Below are positions 38,678-51,788 of a stretch of DNA of 64,000 nt, in pieces. Below the pieces are notes generated by a model that did not search any database, was not told where the DNA came from, and was given only the letters and a program-made list of their open reading frames with translations. Where the stretch lies: contig NC_042997.1 in assembly GCF_006345805.1 (NCBI RefSeq), positions 164,052,001 through 164,116,000 of the forward strand, read 5' to 3'. A program made the translations under genes and the position numbers. Each line of letters opens with the position of its first letter. Within the stretch, counting starts at the first letter, position 1. Source of the stretch: Octopus sinensis. Lineage: Eukaryota.

Positions 38678-40727
38678 AGATAGACAGACAGCCAATTCCA
38701 TATAATACTCTGAGTAGTTTTCAGTCAACCCCATTTTTCTCTTATTTCAGAGAGCTGTGTGGATTTGGGTAGTACTAGTTATCTTCTTGAGCACAATAAT
38801 GATAAGTTTACTTCATACGCTGACATCCATTTTGTAATTTTCAAGATTACAAAATATATGAGACATTTAGTCCCCTGGCTTGCCAGCTCTTGTCAAACCA
38901 GCCAATCCTGCCAGCATCGAAAATGTACATTAAAATGTGATGATAATGCTAAAACATTAAAGTTAGCAAAATTTCAAATTAAATTTTCTTTTCATTCGTT
39001 TACTAGAGTTGGGGATAATTATATGGCATCCATTTGCTTTTCAGTTTAATCTTTCTCAAAACCTAATGGTTTGAAGAAAATCACCAGCTTTGACATTATC
39101 CTCATAATATATACTTTTTTTTACATATACTTTATACAGAAAAAACTGCAGGACTAGAAATTTTTCTCTCAAAAATTGTATTCTTAGAAACAGAAACCTC
39201 ATATATAAGGGAATTTAGTACACCATTTACTCCCCATTTACCCCTGTAGTTGTATGTCTGATTTAAAACTGGTTTTCTTTGAATACGCTGGACAATAAAT
39301 TTTAAAAAAAAAGGTCACATTCTAAAATATTTAGTTTTTAACTTCATAATTCCCTTTTATTAATGTTTCCACAGGTAAGACGCTTGCTTATACTTTGAAT
39401 TATTGGTTGACAAATAATGATTAGAAAAAGTCTTTATCAATATTATTTTGACATCATCTAAAAACAATATCTATAAGAAAAGAAACTGACAAAATAACTT
39501 AGTGTGTAACAAAATTTCTTTTTACAAAATAGGAAGGAAACATCTTAAAAATGAAGGACAAACTATCTGAATTAATCTATTTATGTCTCATTAAATAATC
39601 ATTAATATAAATGAATTATCGATAATATATTATCAAAAATAACACAGTTTGAATTACCTGAAATTGTCACATGAGATCATTATTAAGAACAACAGCTATA
39701 AAATACTCTCAAAAAAAGTAAATAAAAATAATTTTGCTAATTTGGTTTTCAGACAGTACTAAAAGATGCATGAGTCTAAAAGTAGATTTTCTTAAATGGC
39801 TCTGGAAATGAAGAAAAAAAATATTTCTTGAATTCCTAAGAGTGAAGAAACAGAAAATGGAAACTTTCAGACAGACATAAATAGACAGATTGTTTTAAAA
39901 GATTATGAATTGTAACAAAGTTTAAGACCTCAAGAGAGATTTTCTTACTTTTTATAATTCATAATTGTAGAAAAAAATTAGTCCATATCTGTTAAAACTC
40001 ATAGCAAGCTAGAATGTTTGCCAATGCTCAACCAAGACAAAGGAATGTGATAAAATGTGACATACCTAAAATAGATGTGTCATCAGTATCTACTTAGAAT
40101 TTCCTATTTTAAAACTCTTCTATATGGAGGGCATCTAAATACTATAATAACTTTTAAGAATCTTATAGCACACTGACATTATGGCAATTGTTATATTATT
40201 TAATGCATTTACTAGCATCAACCACTTAAGATTTAAATCATCTTCCCAAAACCTTCAATTGTATTTTGTGGAGAAGTGTTCAATACTTTTCTGGACTTGA
40301 TAACAAAAATTTTCTCAAACTTTGAGTAAGTTTTCTGAATTATGAATATCTATTAAAGCTAAAGAAGATTACTTAAAAATTCAATTGTGAGTTATTTGTA
40401 GCAAAAGAAAATATTAAGTCCCATTCTCAGATCATATGAATGGCTTCTCATTTCAAGAATCTTTACAATGTTTAAAATAATGAGTTCAAGTACTATCACT
40501 TAGAAACTGCTTCCAGACAACAAAACAACAGAAGTACTGTATCAATAGGATTGGTGTTAGGTGTTAAACTTTACATATAGTTAGCATTGCTGGGTTCAAA
40601 TTTTCCTATAAACTACAGATGGAAATAATTTTAATTACAGGTGAGATTTATAGGCTCTAGATACTTGGCAAATTGAATATACAACCTAGATCCTCAGAAG
40701 TTAGATTTCATTTAAACTGTAGCTAAT

Positions 40728-40758
<31 letters not shown>

Positions 40759-43700
40759 GGGGGGAGAGAAAGAGAGAGAATCTTTCAATCCTATTGTCTT
40801 TTCATTGTAATTTAGGCTTTGTACCTGCCTGGAGAAAGCTACAAAAAATTTGTTTTATTGTACCCTCCAATTTGGAACTGGATATACTACTAGTTATACA
40901 CAATGAAATAGAGAATATTGTTCTTATCTATGGATAACATCCCCTTCATCAATGTCTGATATTCTAGACAGCATCAGAAAAGTGTCTGGCAAACTTTCAC
41001 CTATTATTGGTCTCCAGCTTTTAGCTTATCATTATTAATTTATGTCTTAGCTTTCATATGGCAGAATTTTCATCAACACAATTCCTTTATCTTGGAGAAA
41101 GAGAGTGTTTATGTTTCATAGAAGCCAAATCTTATCATTATAATGTAAATAGCGTTAGATAAATTAATGTATTTGTTATATAAAAATGATGAAATTACAA
41201 AATTACAGAAACATCAGGTGATTTGGTGAATATTTTCTGGCTACCAAAAATTCTGTGTCAACAAGGTCTTGTATGGCCAGTTTGACCAAATAGCCTTTGT
41301 GCCATGGCCCAGTTTGATTAGTTGAAAAGGTAAAGGATTAGACAACATGCAAGTAGTTTATGCAAAAAAAAAAAATAGTTTAAATATATCTCAGTATGAT
41401 ATACTATATTTATTTGTATCATAATATGCTCTTATGTATAATGCACAACTATTTATGGACAATGCAATGCCAGAAGAAATTTATCTCATCTTTAAGATGA
41501 CTGGTTTTTCTTTAAGGTAATCTTTGCGGAAAGTAGTATCATCAAAAATAAGACTAGTAATAGTGGAGATTGTAAAATAATTTGAGTTTCCTGAATTACT
41601 GAAGGGAATAAATAAATGCCTCAAAATATATGAATGGTACACTACACTCTTATAATTTATGCTTTTGATTTTTTTTTCAAAATAGCTTTGGATTTCTAAA
41701 TTTTGAACATGAATCATTCCATCTTACATCTTGTAATGTATATATGGCTATTTTGATGTAGTTTAACTCTTGTCATGGGACAGACTTACATCTCTATTCA
41801 AATATTTCTCTTTCGAAATAACAGTATTTTTGTCTACTTTTTATAAAATGTTACCTATGAACTTTAAGCCATCAGCCATAGAAGTACATCTGTTATACAA
41901 AGTCAATGCACAATTTATTTTTTTTTCTAGAAAATCAATTTGATTTTGACAATTCTGCTGTATATACTCAGTTTTATGATATTTTATTATAGAACAGGTG
42001 TTTCATCAAGGATTTTTAAAACCACTCTAAATATTTTACTGCATATTTAAAAAAAAAAATCGGTTTTCAGATTTTTATGTTTAAACATCAGAGATATATT
42101 TGAACATGCATGCTAACACAATAATGTTTGCAGAAAATATGCTGTCCCCTAGTAAATATAAATATACCAGTAAAGAGAGGAAATCTCAGTAACAACACAA
42201 ATAACTGCCTGAGTGGATTCACTGCCTACTGTCTGCCTCCATCAAAAGGTAATACAAAGATGTACTGCAAACTATGGTGGCTGAGCAGCAAGCTATTTTA
42301 AATGTGGCACATTAGATGTAGAGTTAAAGTCATGCACATCAACACACAAAGCCAATAATAAACTTAAGGTGACTAACACTGACGCTTACCCAAATGCTAC
42401 AAAAACACACCTAGTACCAAACATAGTAGTTGTGGAAGTGCATATACCAAAATATGTTATATTCTGTACTGACAGTAAAGAAAAAAAATGTCATGGTGGA
42501 GTTGCTATGCTGTCTATGATATTGTCACATCCTTAATTCTGCTGTCACACTTCAACTCAGTTTACAACACATTAATACTACTCATAAAGCAAATCAATGT
42601 AACTCTATGTACAGTATTTCACATCCATCAGCAGCCTCAAATCATGATGGTAAATTTCAAAATAACCTTAAAAAAATAGAAAAATGAACCAATCAATGTT
42701 GATGCAAGGAAGCTGTTACTTTGATCAACTGTTTTTTTCAAACAACTGTTTTTAGTCAATTGTTCTTCAACTGTTTTTGACAAATTGACACCTAGAAACA
42801 AAGATTTGCTTGTTTCCACATAACTTTGAAAAAATATTGTAATGGAATAGTTGTACAATTGTATAGTATATAAGTATATATAAAGTCTCTACGATTATGT
42901 ATAGAGTGCTTTCGCTGAGTTGTAGTTTCCTTGAATTTTCTTTGAGAACTATAAATAATCACACACACACACACACACACACACATGCACACTACATATG
43001 CACACACACATACACACACACACACGTACATGCATACTACATATGCACACATAAACACACACATAGATATTCTAATTTTCTGTCTTGTACAAGCCATCTC
43101 TCTCTCTTCCTCTCCTTTTCTCAACATAGAGATATACCGGTATAGTTCGTGCACTAAATTCTAATGTACACAATAACAATGATAGAACAATACATGAACA
43201 TTTCTAATTATATCTCTGTCGTGAAGATGAAACAAAAGTGCTAAGATCAGATAAGATAGGTTAAGCTAATAATTGCTAATAATTGCTAATAATATCGTTA
43301 ATGTTATTGTGGTTGATTGGAAGAATTGTTAGAACATCTGACAAAATGCCTTATGGTATTTGTTCCATTTCTTTACATTCTGTATTCAAATCCCACCAAT
43401 GTCAACTTTGCCTTTCATCTCTCAAGAGTCAATAAAATAAAGTACCAGTTAAGTACTAGTGCCAATATAATTGACTAATGCCTCTTTCCCAAATTTTTGA
43501 CTTTGTGCCAATTTTACAAACGATTATTATTATTAATTATTATATTCAGTTCCATACTTATAGTCGCACGTATTTATTACAAGCAGTACTCATGGGAATG
43601 CCAAGGTTATTTTGAAAACAACAAGATTGTTGGAAATTTATAGAGAAGCATGAACTATATAATTTCCTTAAGAAATTGAATTTTCTTAGAAGTGTTTTAT

Positions 43701-44921
43701 TCTTGATATACCACATAGGTAGTATTAAATATGAAGTCTTTAGAGAGAACATTTTTGAAAACTATATGCCTTGCTATACACTTGTCACTTATTCTACCTT
43801 GGGAGTTGTATCTATGATTTTTATTTTCATGTCAAGAATTAAACAACCTTAATTTAGAATAAGATCAAAAGCATAATCGATCTATAATATTTTTCTGTTC
43901 TGGTACAGCTATGTGGTAAAACTTTACTAAATCTCACTATGCTGTACTATATCCTTATTTTCATAACAGAGAAAACTGTATATGGCCAGACTCGAACCCA
44001 GAGTCACAGTGGAAATATAAAAAAGAACAGTAGCTATTCTACTAATCTGCGTATTCTGAAAAACAATTAAACTACTAATGTATGTAATACTTAATTTAAA
44101 ACATTTACTTATATCAGCCAGTTGTCATAGAAATAAAGTGATGAATCTGTAACAGATTATGTACTGTTTCCTTCCATGGCTTTTCAATCAACTGGTTCGT
44201 GAATAATATAAATGTTGTGTGTATAATAGATTATGTTCGATTTCACTTCATAGATAAAATATAACATACGTAGACAGTAACAGAATAATATAGATTGTCA
44301 AAAGTCCCCACCTCTCTCTCTTTCCCTCCCTCTCCCCCCTCTCTCTCTCTGAAGCACTCAAGTATACTGACAGAATCATCCAGGCAAGCAAGTTAAGCTA
44401 ATAATTACTGGTAGCATTATTACTACTAACCATCATATTTTAAGTAGGCGTATCTCTGCCGGCAACAAAGGGATTCTGTCTTTTGGTAAAGGGTATTCTG
44501 AAAGACTGCAACATCACATCTTACACACAGTTGTGTAGAAGGTGTAATGTTGCTGGATACTAAAAAACTTGGAAATAGAATGGAGAGAATGAGAAAAAGC
44601 TGGAAAAAAATGAAGCAGGAATTTTATGTTAGATGTTTAACGTTAAGGTGCATGCCTGACAAGCATAAATAAGCTAAAAGAAAAACTGTGTATAAGAAGA
44701 ATCAGCTACAGTGGGTAAGATAGAAGCAGAATTTGTATAGACATGTGATGCACATGTGGGATGACAGCTGGATACAGAAGTGCCATTTGATCCAAGTAAA
44801 GAGAGCCTGCAGAAGATAAAGACATGGTAAGAAGTGATGAAAGCTGATCTTAGGATACAAATGTGTGGTTGCTCTGGATAGTACTTCTAAGGAGAGAGAA
44901 TAGCATCGCTTCTAACTTTAA

Positions 44922-45520
44922 ATCATCATCATCATCATCATCATTTATTGTCTGTTGTCCATGTTGGCATGGGTTGGACGTTTTGACTGGGCTGGCATGC
45001 TGGAAGATTGCATCAGATTCTGGTCTGATTTGGCATAGTTTTCTATGGCTGGATGCCCTTCCTAACACCAACCACTTTGAGAGTGTAATGGGTGCTTTTA
45101 TGTGCCATTTGTGTGACAGCAGGGTAGGTTTATGAGCTACTGGCATGAGTGCCTATTTGCGTGATACAAGTATCTGCTATGACTGTGATTTTGCTCAGCT
45201 TGATGGGTCTTCTTCTCAAGCATGACATAATGCCAAGGTCTCGGTCATTGCCTCCATGAGGCCCCACACTCAAAAAGAACTCAGCCACTTTGCCTCTGTG
45301 ATGCCTAAAACTCAAAAGAAACTCGGCCACTTTGCCTCTGTGAGGCCCAATGTTCAAAAGATGTTCTTTATGTGTCATCAAGCACAGCACATTACCAAAG
45401 GTCTGTCACCAGTCATTGCCTCTATAAGGCTCAAAGTTTGAAGATCATGCTTCACCACCTCTTCCCATGTCTTCTATGGGTCTACCTCTACTACAGAGAT
45501 CAGCACTTCTTTGCACAGCT
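44922..45520 (-). mobile_element. RTE 3' end with internally reiterated ORF-end segment
   Basis: (atc)n tail, 3'UTR consensus, four copies of gcctctgtgaggcc-like units. Confidence 0.85.
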
Positions 45521-45764
45521 CCATTTATGTTAAAGAGTGAAGAGCATACACATAAGATATTTCTATATAACTTTTTAATTCTCTTGGGATAAAGTTCTCT
45601 CATCTTGAGATGTTAAACCTAATGAAGGAAATAATAAATTACTGCAAGTGGCTGGACATGATGCTGGAGAAAATCCATTCAAATCCTGCAAGTATGGGAA
45701 AATGGACATAAACATTATGATGATATACAATATTTACACAGGCTCATATGAATTCTGAGATATA

Positions 45765-46125
45765 TATTCTTTTATTATTTTGCTTGTTTCAATCATTTGA
45801 CAGCAGCCATGCTAGAGCACTGCCTTTAGTCAAACAAATCGACCCCAGTACTTATTCTATCAGTCTCTTTTGCCAAACCGCTAAGTTATGGGGATGCAAA
45901 CACACCAACATGAGTTGTCAAGCATTGGTGGTGGGGACAAACACAAATACACACACACATATACATGACAGGCTTCTTTCAGTTTCCACCTACCAAATTC
46001 ACTCACAAGTCTTTGGTCAGCTTGAGGCTATGGTAGAAGACACCTGCCCAAGGTTCTATGCTGTGGGACTGAACCCAGAGCCATGTCGTTGGGATCAAGC
46101 TTCTTACCACACAACCATGCCGATG
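45765..46125 (-). mobile_element. SINE B, full length
   Basis: Colinear with 56650-57059. Confidence 0.85.
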
Positions 46126-47799
46126 CCAATGTATATTCATTACACACAACTCTACCACAGACTGGCCAGAAAATTAAACTATTAAACAACATTTACCCTC
46201 CCTAACCTATATCCTCACAGATTAACATACACCAATACTTAATGACATCCTGGCCTTCCAGGACTGTAAATTTGGCAAGGACATGATAAATCGGGGAAAG
46301 AAATCTGATATATTTGTTATCTGCAAACCTAGTTCCACAAATTTTGTTTGTAGTAGATTCACAAAATTCTAACAAATAACTTTTATGGTCTGATGAGAAT
46401 GATTGGGGATAACTGAACCATTAATTAATTAATTGATTAACTGATTAATTAATTGGTTGATTCTGCATCCACATGATGCAGAAGTAGTTCCTCAGGCCTT
46501 TTGAAACATACATAAGTGAATAAAGTTATGTAAGAACATAATTCTTCACTCTTTGTCCAAGATACACACACACACATTATCATCATTATCATCATTATTT
46601 AATGTCCATCCTCCATCTGGCATAAGCTGGAGATAGACAAGCCAAAGAAGTGTACCAGGTTCCATTGTCTGCTTTGGCATGGTTTTTATGGCTGGATGCC
46701 CATCCTAACTCCAACCATTTTACAGAGTGTACTGGTTGCTTTATATGTGGCATGAGCACCAATGCTTTTTATGTGGCACCAGCACCAGCAGGGTTCACCA
46801 AGTAACTTGTGAGATGAAGACCTCTCAGCTGGAAGAGGCAGTGGAACTGAAGGAGGTGGTTTTGTGCCAGATGAGAGTTTTAAAGTATAATAGAAGGATA
46901 GAGGTAGGTGTCTTACTATAGAGGAGATACTTGGCTACTCTTGTAGGAGAGGAATGAGAAAGAGTTAGAGAGAAAGATAGAGAGAGACAGCATGAGAGAG
47001 AAAAATAGATGATTGAACAGTGGGGAGAATATAAGTGGCACAGAGGGGATAGAGGGAGATGTTCCATAAGAGTGTGAGGTGAGATGTTTAGAGATGGGGA
47101 AGAGGTGACTGTAGCAAGTGATGGTGAGGGAAATTGGAGTGGCTGGAAGGGCATGGAGAGTGTGTGGGTAGGAAGGTGAGGGATAGTGGATGGGCCTGCA
47201 GCAGGTGATGATCATGAGTGGTGGGAGGGTTTTTTTGGGGAATATGGGTTGTGGATGAGTTTTGACAGAGGACAGAACTGTATGTATGGATGGCCACAAT
47301 TTTACTTAGCTTGCTGTATCTTCTCAAGCACAGCAAACCAGATATATATACATATATATATATATACACATACATCCAGAGGTTAAATGATGATGATGAT
47401 ACATGTATTCAGTAAAAAAGAGAGAATGTTTCAATAAAGAGGGGTTCTTCGTGCATTTACCCAGAAAATAAGAATGGAAAAAAGAAAAATTCATGAATAC
47501 CTACAGAAGAAAGACTCGAAAAAGCATTTAATTAATTACTTATAGCAAAGATTAGAATACTCCACAGGTTCCTATAACACTTCATGCCCAAACCAGACAA
47601 ACTTCCACAAAATCAGTTGATATGACAAAACATAATATTACAAATGAAGCATAACTTGAATATTTCTTTGAAAAAAACTTATGCAAATGCTTAAAAACAA
47701 CTGCATATCATATATAACATCTTAAATTACTGTAATATCTTCAGAAACAAATACCAGCTCTGCCACATCACCCACTGGAAAAACATCAAACCAAAACTT

Positions 47800-49050
47800 T
47801 TGTTAGACACATGTACTGTATACTAGTTCTTTAATCTTTTGCAATGCTCAAAATATAGACAATAAAAAGAACTGAAAAAAAGATTCCCTTCTTAAAAGGT
47901 CTATCAAGCACACAACATACTGGTACAATTAGTAGAAACACACCTCATACTGGAAGTGCAAGATACTGAGATACACATATCAGGATTTACGATCTATTGA
48001 TCAGATCATTGATCCAGAAAACATAACAGAGTGGTTTTGTATATCCGGGTGTCTCTAGAAAGACATGCTAGAATGCACTCTGTGTATTCCTGTATGGTAT
48101 ATGATTTAATAACAATTAATGTGAGATATAAGAACATCATCTGATGTGTTACCAAACAACTTCTCCAGACATTTCTTTTATTTGTAACTGCTTTGAAAAG
48201 TCTGACAAATAAACAAAAGATACTTAGACAAGTTGACACTTGTTTGTACATCAACTTTCTCAATAACCTGAATCTACTGGGAATAAGGCAGCCTTCAGGG
48301 TATATCAAACCTTGAAGATCAATTCCACATAGAAAGAGAAAGTTGGAAGATCAATTCTACAAAGAAAGAGTAAGTTAGAACTAATTAATGCTACTCATAA
48401 CAGTTTCATACACCAACAAATAATGCAAACATAATACAAACATACAAACATAATACGTTAGGCTTAATATATACTAACAATACAGACTTGGTATCCATTA
48501 TTTGAAATAAGCCCTTCTTTCTCCTTGAGCTTTTAATATATAATATTGAAAAGGATTTCCTGACCAGAAACCACAAATCACACAAATTCTAATTCGCAGA
48601 AATTGATCTCAAAGCTGACTGGAAAGTAATCAATAAGTAGATTGGTGTAATAATTTCGGACAGTTCAGCCTGGCAAATAAAACTGAATTTCTGTACAAAG
48701 ACAGTGAAATGATAATAATAATAACAGTAATAATAAAAATAATAATAATGATAATGATAATAATAACAATAATAATAATAATAATAAATAATAATAATAA
48801 TAATAATAATAAATAACACAGTTTTCCAAGAGACAAGCAAATCATCAGAAAACACTCAAATATTACTAAAGACCTCATCAACCCAGCTCTAATACAGATA
48901 AAACTAAACAAAAAGAAAGATAAATATAAAAGTAATAGAAGCCACTTTCGTAGGCTTCTATGATGAAGAAACATCAAAGAAAGATCTCTTGGCATCTAAC
49001 CAGATAAAGTTAAACCCAAAGACTTTCTTCCACCAGGCACATGAGTCTTT
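47800..49050 (+). mobile_element. CR1/L2-group LINE ORF2 remnant (APE endonuclease and linker), split by (AAT)n
   Basis: VQLVETHL, DTEIHISGFTIY.SD..RKHNRVVLYIR (DxEIxIxGYxxxRxDR..GGVxxYI) and NPKTFF motifs. Confidence 0.65.
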
Positions 49051-49497
49051 AGGCTTATAATAAAAACAATTGATCTGTGTGCACACACACACACACACAC
49101 ACAAACAATAAGATTGAATAGTAAAGAAATTTACTTTGCAACTATGTGGTGTTAGGTTCAATTCCTCTGTATCACATCTTGGGCAAATGTTATTCGTTAT
49201 AGTCTCAGATTAACTAATACTTTGTGAGTGAAAACAAGATTGAAATAGAACAGAAGCTCATCCGGTGGACTGTGCTTGTATTTTCAAAGGTCCAGCTCTG
49301 TTACACACTGTGCCATGGTGATTCTAGTTGAGAAGAGTTCAAATTCCGCCGAGGTTGGCTTTGCCTTTCATCCTTTCAGGGTTGATAAATAAAGTACCAG
49401 TTTCGCACTGGGGTTGATGTAATCGACTTAATCCCTTTGTCTGTCCTTGTTTATCCCCTCTATGTTTATCTCCTTGTGGGCAGTAAATATATATATA

Positions 49498-51391
49498 TCA
49501 TCATCATCATCATCATCGTTTAACGTCCGTTGTCCATGCTAGCATGGGTTGGACGGTTTGACCGGGGATCTGGGAAGCCAGAAGGCTGCACCAGGCTCCA
49601 GTCTTATCTGGCAGTGTTTCTACAGCTGGATGCCCTTCCTAACGCCAACCACTCCGTGAGTGTAGTGGGTGCTTTTTACGTGCCACCTGCACAGGTGCCA
49701 GGCGAGGCTGGCAACGGCCACGGTCGGATTGGTGTATTTTATGTGCCACCGGCACGGAAGCCAGACGAGGCGGAGCTGGCATTGGCCACGAGTCGGATAG
49801 TGCTTTTTACGTACCACCAGACCAGGGATCCTGGCTGGTTCAATTCGATTTCGATTTCGATTTCGCTTGCCCCAACATGTCTTCGCAAGCAAGGGGGTTG
49901 GCATGGGTGCCTGTCGTACGGTCAGATTGGTGTATTTTACGTGCCACTGGCACGGAAGCCAGTGGAGGCGGCGCTGGCATCGGCCACGAGTCGGATAGTG
50001 CTTTTTACATACCACCAGACCAGGGATCCTGGCTGGTTCAATTCGATTTCAATTTCGCTTGCCCCAACATATCTTCGCAAGCAAGGGGGTTGGCATGGGT
50101 GCCTGTCGTACGGTCAGATTGGTGTATTTTACGTGCCACCGGCACGGAAGCCAGTGGAGGCGGTGCTGGCATCGGCCACGAGTCGGATAGTGCTTTTTAC
50201 GTACCACCAGACCAGGGATCCTGGCTGGTTCAATTCGATTTCGATTGCCCCAACATGTCTTCGCAAGCAAAGGGGGTTGGCATGGGTGCCTGTCGTCGGA
50301 TGAGGTTCTATATCGACTTCGCTTGCCTCAACAGGTCTTTGTGTCCAGGGGAGGAAAGGCATTCATAAGTGGGCTGGGCTCACTTGTCCTGCCTGGTCTT
50401 CTCACGTACAGAATATTTCCAAAGGTCTCGGTCGCTGGTCATTTCCTCAGTGAGGCCTAAAGTTCGAAGGTCGTGCTTCACCACCTCGTCCCAGGTTTTC
50501 CTGGGTCTACCTCTTCCACGGGTTCCCTCAACTGCTAAGGATTGGCACTTTCTCACACACCTATCTTCATCCATTCTCGCCACATGACCATACCAGCGCA
50601 ATCATCTCTCTTGCACACCACAACTGATGCTTCTTAGGTACAACATTTCTCTCAAGGTGCTAACGCCCTGTCGAGTATGTACACTGACATTACACATCCA
50701 TCGGAGCATACTGGCTTCATTCCTCATGAGCTTACGCATGTCCTCGGCAGTCACGGCCCATGTTTCACTGCCATGTAGCATGGCTGTTCGTACACACGCA
50801 TCATACAGTCTGCCTTTTACTCTGAGCGAGAGGCCTTTAGTCACCAGCAGAGGTAAGAGCTCCCTAAACTTTGCCCAGGCTATTCTTATTCTAGCAGTTA
50901 CACTTTCAGCGCACCCACCCCCACTACTGACTTGGTCACCTAGATAACGGAAGCTATCAACTACTTCTAGTTTTCCCCTTGGAAAGTGACGGAAGTTATT
51001 TTCTGCAGATTTTCGGAGGTTAATGCTCCTGAGCATCTGCCACATACAAAAACTATCTTCCCAGTTAGCCTACCTTTGACATTGCTGCACCTCTTATGTG
51101 TCCATAGCTTACACTGGGTACATCTTATAGAGTTTCTACCTACACCTTTTCTACAGATCGAGCAGGGCCATCTTCCTGAAGACATTTGTGGATTGTCTAC
51201 CTTTCTACTTATTAGTACTTTGGTTTTAGCTAGGTTGACTCTAAGGCCCCTCGATTCTAAACCCTCCTTCCACACCTGGAACTTCTCCTCCAGCTCTGAT
51301 AGTGACTCAGCAATAAGAGCAAGGTCGTCAGCGTAGAGGAGCTCCCAGGGACAACCTGTCTTGAATTCCTCCGTAATTGCCTGGAGGACTA
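49498..51391 (-). mobile_element. Young 5'-truncated RTE LINE (RT C-terminal half plus ~880-bp 3'UTR, (GAT)n tail)
   Basis: PWELLYADDL, NLAKTKVL, FRYLGD, KGRLYDACVRTAMLHGSETW, LRWYGHVARM, RGRGRPRKTW. Only one frameshift (~50975) and one CGA>TGA stop (50602-50604). CpG-rich, with (TA)n on both sides. Confidence 0.95.
49721..50295. repeat. Three tandem ~190-bp units in the RTE 3'UTR
   Basis: attggtgtatttt recurs at 49728, 49926 and 50118 (periods 198 and 192); length differences come from (ttcgat)n copy number. Confidence 0.95.
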
Positions 51392-51665
51392 TAATATATA
51401 TATACACATAAGAAAGTGGAAAGGATATGAAATTGACAGACATCAGCCAGTAAACATTCCAGTATGTTTATTTACTCCAATGTATTGGATTGATACACAC
51501 ACATATATTAGTGGTACAGGTTATCAAATAGAAAGAGTTAGTAATAGGTAATTGCAAAAACGAGTGTGTTGAAGCATATAAGCATATAGGAATGAGTGAT
51601 CAATTGAGCAAATGAGCAAATGAACAGACTGTGTATAAAACCGAATTGGTGTGTAGGTGCTAGCT

Positions 51666-51788
51666 CCTTACGGCCATTTCTGCCAAGAGGCAACGAATAC
51701 TTCCAGGTAATCTCCATCTCTTCAGTGTTATGTAGAGATGACCAGATAAGGCTTGAATAATGAATGTGTCTCTAGGCTTCTTCAGAGG
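51666..51788 (-). ncRNA. Hammerhead-like motif with ~98-nt branched stem II, in a PLE-like terminal repeat (~51410-51840)
   Basis: CCU-CUGAAGA-aGCCuAGAG...CUCUuGGCa-GAAA-UGGCCG-UA-AGG, with an internal CAUCUCU/AGAGAUG hairpin and a near-palindromic stem III. Confidence 0.6.

Noticed and set aside
41481-41600. Minus-strand acceptor and ORF ending FRKDYLKEKPVILKMR
   Set aside because: Only a faint JmjC-like resemblance, immediate stop, no supporting exons.
46930-47290. Purine-rich G-tract region as G-quadruplex or regulatory element
   Set aside because: G-runs are irregular and widely spaced; it sits inside an old RTE-type 3'UTR copy and looks like low-complexity repeat.
49660-50300. CRISPR-like repeat/spacer appearance
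   Set aside because: Spacers are themselves repeated, the array lies inside a eukaryotic LINE 3'UTR, and there are no cas genes.
49530-50368. Long ORFs of 257 and 163 aa
   Set aside because: Antisense read-through of GC-rich tandem 3'UTR repeats; no protein motifs.
50967-51443. N-terminus MSVNFISFPLSYVYIYII of the RT ORF as a real start
   Set aside because: Flanking (TA)n sequence upstream of the 5' truncation point at ~51391.
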